Source: an uncultured Christensenella sp. (GTDB taxonomy: Bacteria; Bacillota; Clostridia; Christensenellales; UBA1242). Taken from it: a stretch of 64,000 bases of DNA. The stretch spans positions 3,826 through 67,825 of the forward strand of contig CAZNJK010000003.1 of the NCBI GenBank assembly GCA_964573405.1. Reading direction: 5' to 3'. Below, piece after piece: positions 54,734 to 63,367 of the stretch. A model generated the notes under the pieces. That model saw only the letters and a program-made list of their open reading frames with translations, searched no databases and was not told where the DNA came from. How positions within the stretch are numbered: position 1 is the first letter of the stretch; every line of letters begins with the position of its first letter. A program made the position numbers and the translations under genes.

Positions 54734-57193
54734 TTATTGCCTATCTACTTGCAAACTTAGTTTTTTGTCCTTTGCCGATATAATGATTGTATCGCCTTTC
54801 ATAATATTACCTTCCAACATATCTTCCGCAATTTTGTCTTCAATCTCCTGTTCAATAAGTCGTCTTAAAGGTCTTGCGCCGTACTCAGAGTCATAACTTT
54901 TCTCTATAAGATACTTAAGCGCACTCTCCGTCACTTTCAAATTAACGCCTTGTTCTAACAACTTTTTGTTTAGTTTGCTTATAAAAATCTTAGAAATTTG
55001 GACAAGTTGGTCATAATTTAATGAATGGAACACCGTAATTACATCTATTCTATTTAGAAATTCTGGCTTAAATGTCCGCCTTAATGCGTCAAGAAGAATC
55101 GATTTATTCTTGTCTTCATTAGAGTCGTCTTTTGCATCACCAAATCCAAATCCGCCACGATTCTTTGGAAGTTCACTTACCCCAACATTGCTTGTAAATA
55201 TAATGATTGTGTTTTTAAACGACACGTGCCTACCTTGACTATCGGTAAGTCGACCTTCGTCAAGCACTTGCAACAACATATTAAATACATCTGGATGTGC
55301 CTTTTCAATCTCGTCGAACAAAACTACGCTATATGGTTTTCTTCGCACTTGCTCGGTTAGTTGTCCACCTTCATCATAGCCCACATATCCCGGAGGACTA
55401 CCTATAAGTTTCGACACACTATGCTTTTCCATATATTCGCTCATATCAAGCCTAATCACAGCATTTTCGTTGTCAAACATCGCTTCGGCAAGAGCCTTGC
55501 ATAGTTCGGTTTTTCCTACACCTGTTTGGCCTAGGAAGAAGAAACTTCCAATTGGTCGATTCGCATCTTTTAAGCCAATTCTTGCACGCCTAATCGCCTT
55601 GCTTACTGCCACAACCGCTTCGTCTTGACCAATTACTCTATTGTGCAATATGCTCTCCAACTTTAGAAGTCGTTCTTTTTCGCTCTCGGTTAGTTTTGTT
55701 ATAGGAATTCCCGTCCATTTGCTTATAATTTGACACACGTCTTCGCTAGTGATTGTGATGTTCGATTTTGCCGATTGACTAGCAAGAACAAGTTTTTCCT
55801 TTCGTGCGTTGGCTTCCCTTATTTTGTCCCTATATTCGCTTGCTTTTTCGAATTGCTCATTAATCAATGCTTCCTTTTTCTCAACTTCATAACTAGCAAT
55901 TTCTTCTTCGATTTTCTTTAGTTCTTCGGGCTTTTGGCTTCCATAAACCTTCGCCTTCGAACTTGCTTCGTCGATAAGGTCAATTGCCTTGTCTGGAAGA
56001 CTTCTATCGCTAATATATCGGTCGCTTAAAGTTGCCGATGCTATGATTGCGTCATCGGAAATAGTGACTTTATGGAAGGCTTCATAACTATCCTTAAGCC
56101 CACGCAAAATCTCGATTGTTTGCTCCACTGTCGGAGGATTGACAATTACTGGCTGGAATCTTCTCTCCAACGCTTTGTCCTTCTCGATGTATTGCCTATA
56201 TTCGTCGGTGGTTGTCGCGCCAATTGTTTGGAACTCACCTCTAGCCAAATATGGTTTCAACATATCGCTAGGATTTACTTCGCCCTTTTCTCCGCCGGCT
56301 TGTGCCAAGGTGTGAATTTCGTCTATAAATACAATTATATCCCTATTGTTTACAATTATATCTATCAACTTCTTTAGTCGCTCTTCCAATTCGCCCCTAA
56401 ACTTTGTGCCAGCCATAAGTCCGCCAAGTTCTAGCGAGAAAATTGACTTATCCTTCAAAATCTCTGGGACTTTGCCTTGCGCAATTGCAAGCGCTAAGCC
56501 GTCTACGACCGCACTTTTTCCTACACCCGCTTCACCTATCAATACAGGGTTGTTTTTTGTCTTTCGGCAAAGGATTTCGATGACTCTATTGATTTCTTCT
56601 TCTCGTCCAATTATAGGATCGATTTTTCCATCCCTTGCCTTTTGGGTAAGATCTTGTCCCATTGACAACAATTCTTGCGGTAGTTTGCTTGCACCGTTAT
56701 ACTGAGTTTGTGACTTATTTGGATTGTTCATTCCGTCCAAGATGCCCGATTTTAGCACTTGCAAAACGCTATTTTTTAGGTCATCCAAGTTGATTTTGAA
56801 GTTGCGTTTTAGGATGCTAACCGCATAACTTGAATCGCTTAGTAGCATTGCTGCAAGTAAATGCTCGGTGCTAATGAAGTTGTGGCCTATGGAGTTGGCA
56901 AACTTTCTCGCAATCCCAAAAACTTCCTTATTTCTTGGGCTAAGTTCGATTGTTGTGTTGTTAATCATTATATTTTTCTTTTGGCTATTCTTATCAAATA
57001 TACTTTCAAGTTTTTCACAAGTTACGCCATAAGAATTAAGGAGTTTGCCCGACACAGTATCGGCTAATGACACAATTCCGTACAAAAGGTGTTCGGTGCC
57101 TACTTGATAATATCCATATTGAATCGCTATAGTGCCTGCCACTTGCAACGCTTTGTTAACATTGTCCGTCAATCTTATTTCATCTGAAAACAT
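54734..57193 (-). CDS. clpC: ATP-dependent Clp protease ATP-binding subunit ClpC
   Basis: Two Clp_N repeats; AAA1 GEAGVGKSA; UVR-like linker; AAA2 GQTGVGKTE. The ATG at 57193 follows GGAGAG; the track start is a GTG. Confidence 0.92.
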   Translation of the reverse strand: MFSDEIRLTDNVNKALQVAGTIAIQYGYYQVGTEHLLYGIVSLADTVSGKLLNSYGVTCEKLESIFDKNSQKKNIMINNTTIELSPRNKEVFGIARKFANSIGHNFISTEHLLAAMLLSDSSYAVSILKRNFKINLDDLKNSVLQVLKSGILDGMNNPNKSQTQYNGASKLPQELLSMGQDLTQKARDGKIDPIIGREEEINRVIEILCRKTKNNPVLIGEAGVGKSAVVDGLALAIAQGKVPEILKDKSIFSLELGGLMAGTKFRGELEERLKKLIDIIVNNRDIIVFIDEIHTLAQAGGEKGEVNPSDMLKPYLARGEFQTIGATTTDEYRQYIEKDKALERRFQPVIVNPPTVEQTIEILRGLKDSYEAFHKVTISDDAIIASATLSDRYISDRSLPDKAIDLIDEASSKAKVYGSQKPEELKKIEEEIASYEVEKKEALINEQFEKASEYRDKIREANARKEKLVLASQSAKSNITITSEDVCQIISKWTGIPITKLTESEKERLLKLESILHNRVIGQDEAVVAVSKAIRRARIGLKDANRPIGSFFFLGQTGVGKTELCKALAEAMFDNENAVIRLDMSEYMEKHSVSKLIGSPPGYVGYDEGGQLTEQVRRKPYSVVLFDEIEKAHPDVFNMLLQVLDEGRLTDSQGRHVSFKNTIIIFTSNVGVSELPKNRGGFGFGDAKDDSNEDKNKSILLDALRRTFKPEFLNRIDVITVFHSLNYDQLVQISKIFISKLNKKLLEQGVNLKVTESALKYLIEKSYDSEYGARPLRRLIEQEIEDKIAEDMLEGNIMKGDTIIISAKDKKLSLQVDRQ

Positions 57194-57194
57194 A

Positions 57195-57779
57195 TTATTC
57201 ACTCTCCTTTTTGTTGTTCTTGTCTTTTTTATCTTTTTCTTGCGACATCTTTTCTCTTAGGGTGTTAATTTTCTTCTTCAACTCCCCAGCATCTTCATAT
57301 CGTTCATCGGCTATCGCCTTATTAAACTCGTCGGTAAGTTTGTCAAGTTCGCTCGGCTCGGATTTTTTTAACTCGCTTCCGATGTCAAGATTGAAGTCAG
57401 TAGGATTGTCCATATTTTCTAGCATATCACGAATTTCTTCTTGAAATGCGTCATAACACTTACTACACCCCAATTTGCCACGACGAAGAAAATCATTAAA
57501 CGAACTCCCACACTCCGGGCATTTCTTCATATTCTTCTCAAGCAACCTAGTCGGAGCAAAAAAGTTGTCGTCAAAGAAGTCGTTAAACAATTCTCGCTCC
57601 AAATTTTTAAATTCATTTTCAATATCTAGCCCAAACCCGAAGTCGGCGTCTAGCGAAATGTCATTTTGCCCCATAGCACTCGCACACTCTTCGCAAAGAT
57701 TTGTTTCGTAGCCTTTGCCATTTATATATATTGATTTGTGGAAAGTTGCCACATTCTTTTTACATCTATCGCACAACAT
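57195..57779 (-). CDS. mcsA: McsA-like zinc-finger/UVR-domain protein
   Basis: CDRC...CEEC and CPECG...CSKC zinc motifs, plus a C-terminal UVR motif (FNKAIADERYEDAGELKKKI). Located between ctsR and clpC. Confidence 0.7.
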   Translation of the reverse strand: MLCDRCKKNVATFHKSIYINGKGYETNLCEECASAMGQNDISLDADFGFGLDIENEFKNLERELFNDFFDDNFFAPTRLLEKNMKKCPECGSSFNDFLRRGKLGCSKCYDAFQEEIRDMLENMDNPTDFNLDIGSELKKSEPSELDKLTDEFNKAIADERYEDAGELKKKINTLREKMSQEKDKKDKNNKKESE

Positions 57780-57783
57780 AATA

Positions 57784-58242
57784 TTATACCCCCTTTATAA
57801 TGTTTACTAAAACATTTTTTAAAATATTTGCTCTAATTTTATCTTCCAGTTTAAGTGGATTGGATAATGACTTATTGCTTAGGCAAGTGGTAAGCATACT
57901 ATACTCCCTATCGGTAATTAGCCCACGCTCTTTCAATCCACCAATTAATTGCATAGACTCGCTTAAAGTAATCTCATCTTGTATAGTGTCGGTAATCAAT
58001 TTCTCAATATAATCGTTTTGTTTTAAATCAACTCTTATCAACTTAATGTATCCACCACCACCTCTACGGCTCTCTGTGATATATCCCCTAGGGTGTGTAA
58101 ACCGAGTGGACAGCACATAGTTAATTTGACTTGGTGCACAATTAAAATAATTCGCAAGTTCATTTCTCGACAAATTGATTTCACCAAACTCATCTAATTG
58201 CTCAAGTATAAACTGTTCAATTATATCACTTATATTTGACAT
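57784..58242 (-). CDS. ctsR: Class III stress gene repressor CtsR
   Basis: MSNISDIIEQFI..., SR.ELA..F.CAPSQINYVLSTRFT...GY..ESRRGGGGYI.: hallmark CtsR HTH and Gly-rich loop. Confidence 0.88.
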   Translation of the reverse strand: MSNISDIIEQFILEQLDEFGEINLSRNELANYFNCAPSQINYVLSTRFTHPRGYITESRRGGGGYIKLIRVDLKQNDYIEKLITDTIQDEITLSESMQLIGGLKERGLITDREYSMLTTCLSNKSLSNPLKLEDKIRANILKNVLVNIIKGV

Positions 58243-58395
58243 CTTACCCCCTTTAGGTCAAAACCATAATTTTTATAACTCCTTAAAACCACTCATCCAA
58301 ATTTTCATACAATCAAAATTTATTTATAACCAAATTTTAATAATATTGAAATTAAACGAAATTTAAAAGTCGAAATAAAATTAGGTTTTAAAAAG

Positions 58396-58412
58396 TTTGA
58401 CTTTCTTTGACC
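58396..58412 (-). promoter_or_regulatory. CtsR operator (heptad direct repeat GGTCAAAgaaAGTCAAA)
   Basis: Minus strand matches A/GGTCAAA-NAN-A/GGTCAAA. It starts 8 nt downstream of the -10 of TTGACA(58450-58445) - 18 nt - TATAAT(58426-58421). Confidence 0.8.
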
Positions 58413-58504
58413 TTTGCTAAATTATAGCACCGCTTAAAAACACTTGTCAATAATTTTATGCCAAATATTTTAAATTTTTTTAAGATATTTTAATTTTTTT
58501 AAGA

Positions 58505-58531
58505 ACAAAAAAAAAGGGCAAAATTGCCCTT
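58505..58531 (-). terminator. Intrinsic terminator
   Basis: Minus strand AAGGGCAattttGCCCTT followed by TTTTTTTTT. Confidence 0.8.
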
Positions 58532-58664
58532 ATGTATTTTATACCAATCGTAGTTAATTTTTTTAGCCATCAAAACTTTAAGCCTACATTAAAACCAAAT
58601 GTAAACCATAAAAAAATTACTTTGATTAATTCAACGAAATATTAAATATTAAATTTTATAAATG

Positions 58665-58724
58665 TTATTTTGCAAATTTTTGCAATACTAAAAAAGTGAC
58701 AAACATTACTAGAACAAAATTCAT
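58665..58724 (-). CDS. Candidate 19-aa hydrophobic micropeptide MNFVLVMFVTFLVLQKFAK
   Basis: Too short for the ORF track. GAAGGGGG lies 9 nt before the ATG. Promoter TTGCAA(58785-58780) - 17 nt - (TGa)TATAAT(58762-58757) upstream, and the terminator at 58505-58531 downstream. Confidence 0.35.
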   Translation of the reverse strand: MNFVLVMFVTFLVLQKFAK

Positions 58725-59139
58725 AATTTTGTACCCCCTTCACTTTTATTATTGCTATTATATCACTCTTATTAACAAATTGCAATACCCAATTTTAAAA
58801 TCAATAATAAGAAATTAAATAATAAATAATCAATAATTATCATTAAAGATAATACATAAAAAGAGTAAAAAGTATTTTAAAAATAACACAAACACAATAT
58901 TTCATAAATCCTATAATAAAAATTAAATTCAAAAATATATTTAAAAAAGTGATAAAAACCAACATTTTACCACTTTTATTTCACAACTCAATATTTTACT
59001 TTTTTGTCACAAATTATAGTATTTATATTATCTATGTATATACTTTTTGACAATAACATACTACTTTATGTCAATAAGTATATATATCATTTTTATTTTA
59101 AAATTTCATTTATAATCATTAAAAATAAATTTCATATCA

Positions 59140-60138
59140 TCATTTTAGTTTATTATATAGCATTTTCCCATCAATAAATACGGCTTTTACATCGAGCGGA
59201 GTATTGTCAGTTAGTACCGATTTTTTTACCAAAATAATATCTGCACAATCGCCAACTTTTAGATTTCCGATATCTGAAAAAACTTTTTTTACATTGGTAT
59301 TTATTAGAGGTTTTACATCGGTATAAGACAATATATTTTGCTCATTTAAATATCCACTTTGAAGATTTTTGACCAAATCCAATTCTTGGAAAATACTATT
59401 TACTGTTCCACCCATAACCACATTTAGATTGTTTTTCAGCATTGAATATATTGGGGAAATCCCACTCCCACTCTTTAAATTTTCAGTAGGACGGGTACAT
59501 ATAGTTGTGTCATAATTTTTCAAAATCTCCACATCTTCTTTATCAACATATACTGCATCAACAAGCAAATTTTTAAAGTCCAAAAAGCCATAACTCTCAA
59601 GAAGTTCAATAGGACTCATTCCGTAAGTCTTATCAATTTCTCCTACATCATCTAAGTTTTCGCTCACACTTGTCGCCATCAAATATCCATATTTTTTCGA
59701 AAATTTAATCACTTCCGCATATTGACTTTCATCTTCCGTATTCGGATTTTTAAGATAAATAATTGGTGCTTTTACTCCAACTGCATTGATTTCGCCAACT
59801 CTTTGATTAAGCAAATTTTCATCAACAACTTCTCCCGAAACATCAATCACCCCATACACTTTGATTCCGCTTTCAACCAACTTTTTCGTCGTATTAAGAT
59901 TTCGAGAAAAATCAAAAACCGAAGTAATACCTTGACTCAAAAGTTCTTCAACAGGTTGCCCACAATAATAGCAATTACAATTTCCAGCAAAAGCATTTAG
60001 CCCCAAGCCGTCAATTACCAAATCGGAAGTGTCAGATATATTTGGGGAAATTTTACTTATAATCCTATCATCTATCAAAATATCGCATTCTTTTTCATCT
60101 ATGTACACATTCTTAATTAAAGTTTTCATACTTGCCAC
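59140..60138 (-). CDS. Amidohydrolase-superfamily protein lacking the canonical H-x-H metal motif
   Basis: N- and C-terminal composite beta-sandwich segments (IKNVYID...ILIDDRIISKI...VIDGLGL.A. and GNLKVGDCADIILV...VFIDGKMLY). The H-x-H position reads GNCNCYYCG. Confidence 0.55.
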   Translation of the reverse strand: MASMKTLIKNVYIDEKECDILIDDRIISKISPNISDTSDLVIDGLGLNAFAGNCNCYYCGQPVEELLSQGITSVFDFSRNLNTTKKLVESGIKVYGVIDVSGEVVDENLLNQRVGEINAVGVKAPIIYLKNPNTEDESQYAEVIKFSKKYGYLMATSVSENLDDVGEIDKTYGMSPIELLESYGFLDFKNLLVDAVYVDKEDVEILKNYDTTICTRPTENLKSGSGISPIYSMLKNNLNVVMGGTVNSIFQELDLVKNLQSGYLNEQNILSYTDVKPLINTNVKKVFSDIGNLKVGDCADIILVKKSVLTDNTPLDVKAVFIDGKMLYNKLK

Positions 60139-60197
60139 CTTTTAGGTATTATAGCACAAAAAAAGGACATTCAAAAACAATAATTGTTTTAAATGTC

Positions 60198-60962
60198 CTA
60201 ATTCCTAATTTTTTTGCTATAGAATCCTAGATATAACGACTTTTTATCAAATAACAATTCACTGGTTTTGTTGAACTTTTGTAACATCACAGTCGTATCT
60301 TCGCCAAAATGCTTCACAAGTTGCGTTTTGAAATATTGTGCATTAACTTCGTCATCACAATATCCAATTATAAAAGGATAATCCGCGACATTCACACTAT
60401 TGTCACTAATTAAGTTTATAATGTTTCCCATCGCCTTTTTCTTGCCTTGGGCTTTGTCAAGAATTTCGAATTTGTTGTTTTTTACATATATAATTGGAAA
60501 AATCAAATTTGACATGCTATTCACATTAAATTTGTCGAGATTTAAGCACTTTTTCGTCAAAAATTCCTTATTTTGCGTGATTAAAAAGCCGTATGTTTCC
60601 GACTTAAAATCGTTTACAAAATCAATAATTTCTAGGTCGGTACAGCCCCTTTTGTACATTAGCCCCGCTTCATAAACTATCAGCCCCGCACTGCTCGAGC
60701 ACGAGTCTAGGTCGAAGCCCCTAATTATGCGACTCTCATATAGGTTGGCAAAATATTTCACCACCCGATTGAAAGGCTCTTCTACGCTTTTTAGATTGCT
60801 TGAAAGATAGATAATGTCCTCTTCCTCATCAAGATATGGCTGAAAAGCCTGCTTAAAAGCGAGAAAAACATCCGACTCACTAATGTCAACAATGTTAATA
60901 TTAAGTTTTTTTAGTTCGGTTGATTGCAAATCGCAATTAACATCAGCAAAAATTGCACTCAT
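60198..60962 (-). CDS. DegV-family (fatty-acid-binding) protein
   Basis: Size (~254 aa) and N-terminal ..DVNCDL....L..L.I..V pattern fit DegV. Moderate confidence, by recollection only. Confidence 0.55.
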   Translation of the reverse strand: MSAIFADVNCDLQSTELKKLNINIVDISESDVFLAFKQAFQPYLDEEEDIIYLSSNLKSVEEPFNRVVKYFANLYESRIIRGFDLDSCSSSAGLIVYEAGLMYKRGCTDLEIIDFVNDFKSETYGFLITQNKEFLTKKCLNLDKFNVNSMSNLIFPIIYVKNNKFEILDKAQGKKKAMGNIINLISDNSVNVADYPFIIGYCDDEVNAQYFKTQLVKHFGEDTTVMLQKFNKTSELLFDKKSLYLGFYSKKIRN

Positions 60963-61007
60963 ATTGCACTTCCTAAAGTAAAATATATCACTACTGACCT
61001 AGTAATG

Positions 61008-61517
61008 TCAAATTTTATAATAAAATTGTTTGTAAATTGTTAAATTCTTAATTATCTTCTTAACATAATTTTTGGTTTGCTCGACCGGGATTTTCTCAAT
61101 GTCGCCGTCAAAATTCCAATGCTTCACATTATTAATCCCGGCATTGTAGCCACATAAAGCATACACCACATCGCCGTCATAGAAATCAAGCAAATATCGC
61201 AAGTAGCAACATCCAAATTCAATATTTGTTCGGGGATTAAATAGGTCAAAATCTTGAGTCCCGCACCGCTTCGCAATCTCGCTCGCCGTAGACGGCAAAA
61301 TTTGCATCAACCCAACCGCACCAGCACCCGACACCGCATCGCTCCGAAATCCGCTTTCCGCATTAATCAGACTGCTCACAAGTTCCGGTCGCAAATCATA
61401 ACGCTCAGAATATTCAACAATTACCCCCTTGTATTTTATTGGAAAAATATTCCAAAAACTACACAAAAAGAGAGCACTTACGACCACCAAAATAACAAAC
61501 GGCAAATACTTTTTCAT
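61008..61517 (-). CDS. Lytic transglycosylase (SLT domain), membrane-anchored
   Basis: N-terminal TM, then catalytic NAESGFRSDAVSGAGAVGLMQILPSTA and ...YNAG... motifs. Confidence 0.8.
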   Translation of the reverse strand: MKKYLPFVILVVVSALFLCSFWNIFPIKYKGVIVEYSERYDLRPELVSSLINAESGFRSDAVSGAGAVGLMQILPSTASEIAKRCGTQDFDLFNPRTNIEFGCCYLRYLLDFYDGDVVYALCGYNAGINNVKHWNFDGDIEKIPVEQTKNYVKKIIKNLTIYKQFYYKI

Positions 61518-61651
61518 AGTTTATTTTATGACTAAATCGCCCCAATTATAGCACTTCACATAAAAACAATCAAAAAATGAAGTATCTATATGACTTTTTT
61601 TAAAGCGGGTAATTTAATAAAAAGCCACATCAAAGATGTGACTTTTTATAA

Positions 61652-62065
61652 TTATTTCTCTTCTTTTTTAACTGTTTTTTTAGCAGTTGTTGTCTTCTTA
61701 GCAGTGGTCTTCTTAGCAGGTTCTTCTACTGCTTCTACTTTCTTTGTAGCTGCTTTCTTCTCAACTTTAACTTCTTCAACTGGAGCCTCAACCTTAGCAC
61801 TTGCTACTGCTTGAGTATAAGCACTTGTCAATCTACCAATTTTACGAGAAGCATTGTTTTTGTGAAGAACACCCTTAGAGCACGCACTGTCTATATAAGA
61901 GATTGTGCTAATAAGTTTCTTCTCAGCATCTGCAAATCTACCTTCTGCCAACATCTTTCTAAAATCTTTAACATATGTAGAAATAGTCGCCTTGATGTAG
62001 CGATTTTCACTTCTTTGTCTATCATTTGTTGCGATTCTTTTCTTTGCTGACTTAATATTTGCCAT
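61652..62065 (-). CDS. rpsT: 30S ribosomal protein S20 with a ~50-aa Lys/Ala/Glu-rich C-terminal extension
   Basis: MANIKSAKKRI...R..N......T..K........G......K.......D.A..KG..HKN.A.R is the S20 pattern. Residues ~88-137 are VEAPVEEVKVEKKAATKKVEAVEEPAKKTTAKKTTTAKKTVKKEEK. Confidence 0.85.
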   Translation of the reverse strand: MANIKSAKKRIATNDRQRSENRYIKATISTYVKDFRKMLAEGRFADAEKKLISTISYIDSACSKGVLHKNNASRKIGRLTSAYTQAVASAKVEAPVEEVKVEKKAATKKVEAVEEPAKKTTAKKTTTAKKTVKKEEK

Positions 62066-62202
62066 TATCTTTTCTCCTTGTAAATTTTCACTAATCTATA
62101 ATTTGCAAGTCTATTTTAGCATATCTTTTTGCATTTTGCAAGAATAATTTGAAAGTATTTTATAATTATTTCAAGTCAATACTATTTTTAAAAGGATATT
62201 AT

Positions 62203-63045
62203 ATGAAAAACACATCTTGCGAGCAATTGTCAAGCCTACTAGAAACATCACAATTCAAGAAAAACGGCGAAAGCACCATTGTAAAGGGCAAATACGGATA
62301 CACTCGAGAAACCTTCCAAATCACCGCCGACACATCGCCCAAATTCAACCGCCCACAAGGGAAATACACAATTCTCACCCTAAAACGCATTCTCTCGCCC
62401 ACACACGCCGAACTAGCCTACTACCAAGAAAAACTCTCGCAAGCCATAAAAGACTACATCCCGACTCTAAACAAATCGGACACAATCCTAATCGTGGGAT
62501 TAGGCAACCGCCACATCTCATCCGACAGTCTAGGCACAGAAGTCGTGAAAAATATACACATCACGCCCGCTAAAAACACACCAAAAGTGTGCGTATTTGC
62601 CCCATCAGTGCTCGGGCTTACAGGAATTGAAACATCCGACACAATAAGTGGAATTACCACCCAAATAAAGCCCAAGCTAATGATTATGATAGACAGCCTA
62701 TGTGCGTCAAATACCGATCGGCTAGGCACAAGTTTTCAAATAAGCAACACCCCCATAACCCCGGGGAGCGGAATAAACAATCCCCGCAAGAAAATCGCAC
62801 AAAACATATGCACAATCTCCATCGGCGTCCCGCTAGTCGTGTACGGCAACACATTCATAATCTCCGCACTAGAAAAATGCGGACTCAACCCCGACAACAT
62901 ACACCACCCCGACATCAAAACCAAAATAAAAACCCTTTATAGCCAGCCAAACACCACCCTAGTCACCCTAAACGAAATAGACTATATAGTAAAAGAACTA
63001 GGCGAAATAATAGCCCACGCAATAAATAAGGCATTAAATATATAG
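62203..63045 (+). CDS. gpr: Spore germination protease GPR
   Basis: ILIVGLGNRHISSDSLG, FAPSVLGLTGIETSD, MIDSLCA, ISNTPITPGSGINNPRK, ISIGVPLVV align with B. subtilis GPR motifs. The ATG at 62203 follows AAAGGA. Confidence 0.82.
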   Translation: MKNTSCEQLSSLLETSQFKKNGESTIVKGKYGYTRETFQITADTSPKFNRPQGKYTILTLKRILSPTHAELAYYQEKLSQAIKDYIPTLNKSDTILIVGLGNRHISSDSLGTEVVKNIHITPAKNTPKVCVFAPSVLGLTGIETSDTISGITTQIKPKLMIMIDSLCASNTDRLGTSFQISNTPITPGSGINNPRKKIAQNICTISIGVPLVVYGNTFIISALEKCGLNPDNIHHPDIKTKIKTLYSQPNTTLVTLNEIDYIVKELGEIIAHAINKALNI

Positions 63046-63068
63046 TAAATTAAAATTAAGGACTCATT

Positions 63069-63092
63069 AATGTACTTTTAATCAAGTACATT
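63069..63092 (+). terminator. Hairpin after gpr
   Basis: aatgtactt-ttaatc-aagtacatt, 24 nt after the gpr stop. The downstream T-run is weak (attatt). Confidence 0.5.
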
Positions 63093-63099
63093 ATTACAA

Positions 63100-63266
63100 C
63101 CCACCACAGTTGTAAGATACTGTCCGTGCGACCAGCACCCTTGACAGACTTCAGCGGATATAACCACCGCAGTTGTAAGACACTGTCCGTGCGACCAGCA
63201 CCCTTGACCAATTATGGCAGATATAATAACTACACTCGTAAGATACAGTCCGTACGACCAGTACAC
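63100..63266. repeat. Three tandem 63-bp units (two near-identical, one diverged), GC-richer than the surroundings
   Basis: Unit register: GTGCGACCAGCAC at 63126 and 63189, GTACGACCAGTAC at 63252. Conserved ~43 nt (CAGTTGTAAGAYACTGTCCGTGCGACCAGCACCCTTGAC) plus ~20 nt that are more variable. Confidence 0.85.
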
Positions 63267-63314
63267 AAAAAAAAGGCTTGTAGCATAGCACCCAACTATG
63301 TTACTCGCCTTTTT
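63267..63314. terminator. Bidirectional intrinsic terminator (long imperfect hairpin) ending the 63368.. gene
   Basis: aaggc-gtagcatag-cacccaa-ctatgttac-tc-gcctt, with an A-run on one side and a T-run on the other. Confidence 0.65.
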
Positions 63315-63367
63315 CTTCAATAACCATAAAAAGTTATCAAAATGTATTCAATTTTTCCATTTTTCGA

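Noticed and set aside
58252-58266. A second CtsR half-site (GGTCAAAACC) just upstream of the ctsR start codon on the plus strand.
   Set aside because: It is only one heptad, in the wrong orientation relative to the operon, with no partner repeat at the required spacing.
61590-61814. 74-aa plus-strand ORF with VVFLAVV repeats.
   Set aside because: It is antisense to the Lys/Ala-rich tail of rpsT, and its repetitive sequence mirrors that tail.
63100-63266. Possible mini-CRISPR array (conserved ~43 nt plus variable ~20 nt).
   Set aside because: There are only three units. The variable parts are short and similar to one another (GGATATAAC / AGATATAATAAC). The third repeat is diverged. No cas genes or leader are present in the window.
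63078-63323. ORFs of 80 aa (minus) and 65 aa (plus) spanning the 63-bp tandem repeats. The minus one encodes repeated CQGCWSHGQ motifs that could look like a repeated RiPP core.
   Set aside because: The repeat length is a multiple of 3, so open frames arise automatically on both strands. The starts are TTG/GTG without an RBS. The minus ORF begins upstream of, and reads through, the terminator hairpin of the preceding gene, so it is unlikely to be translated.
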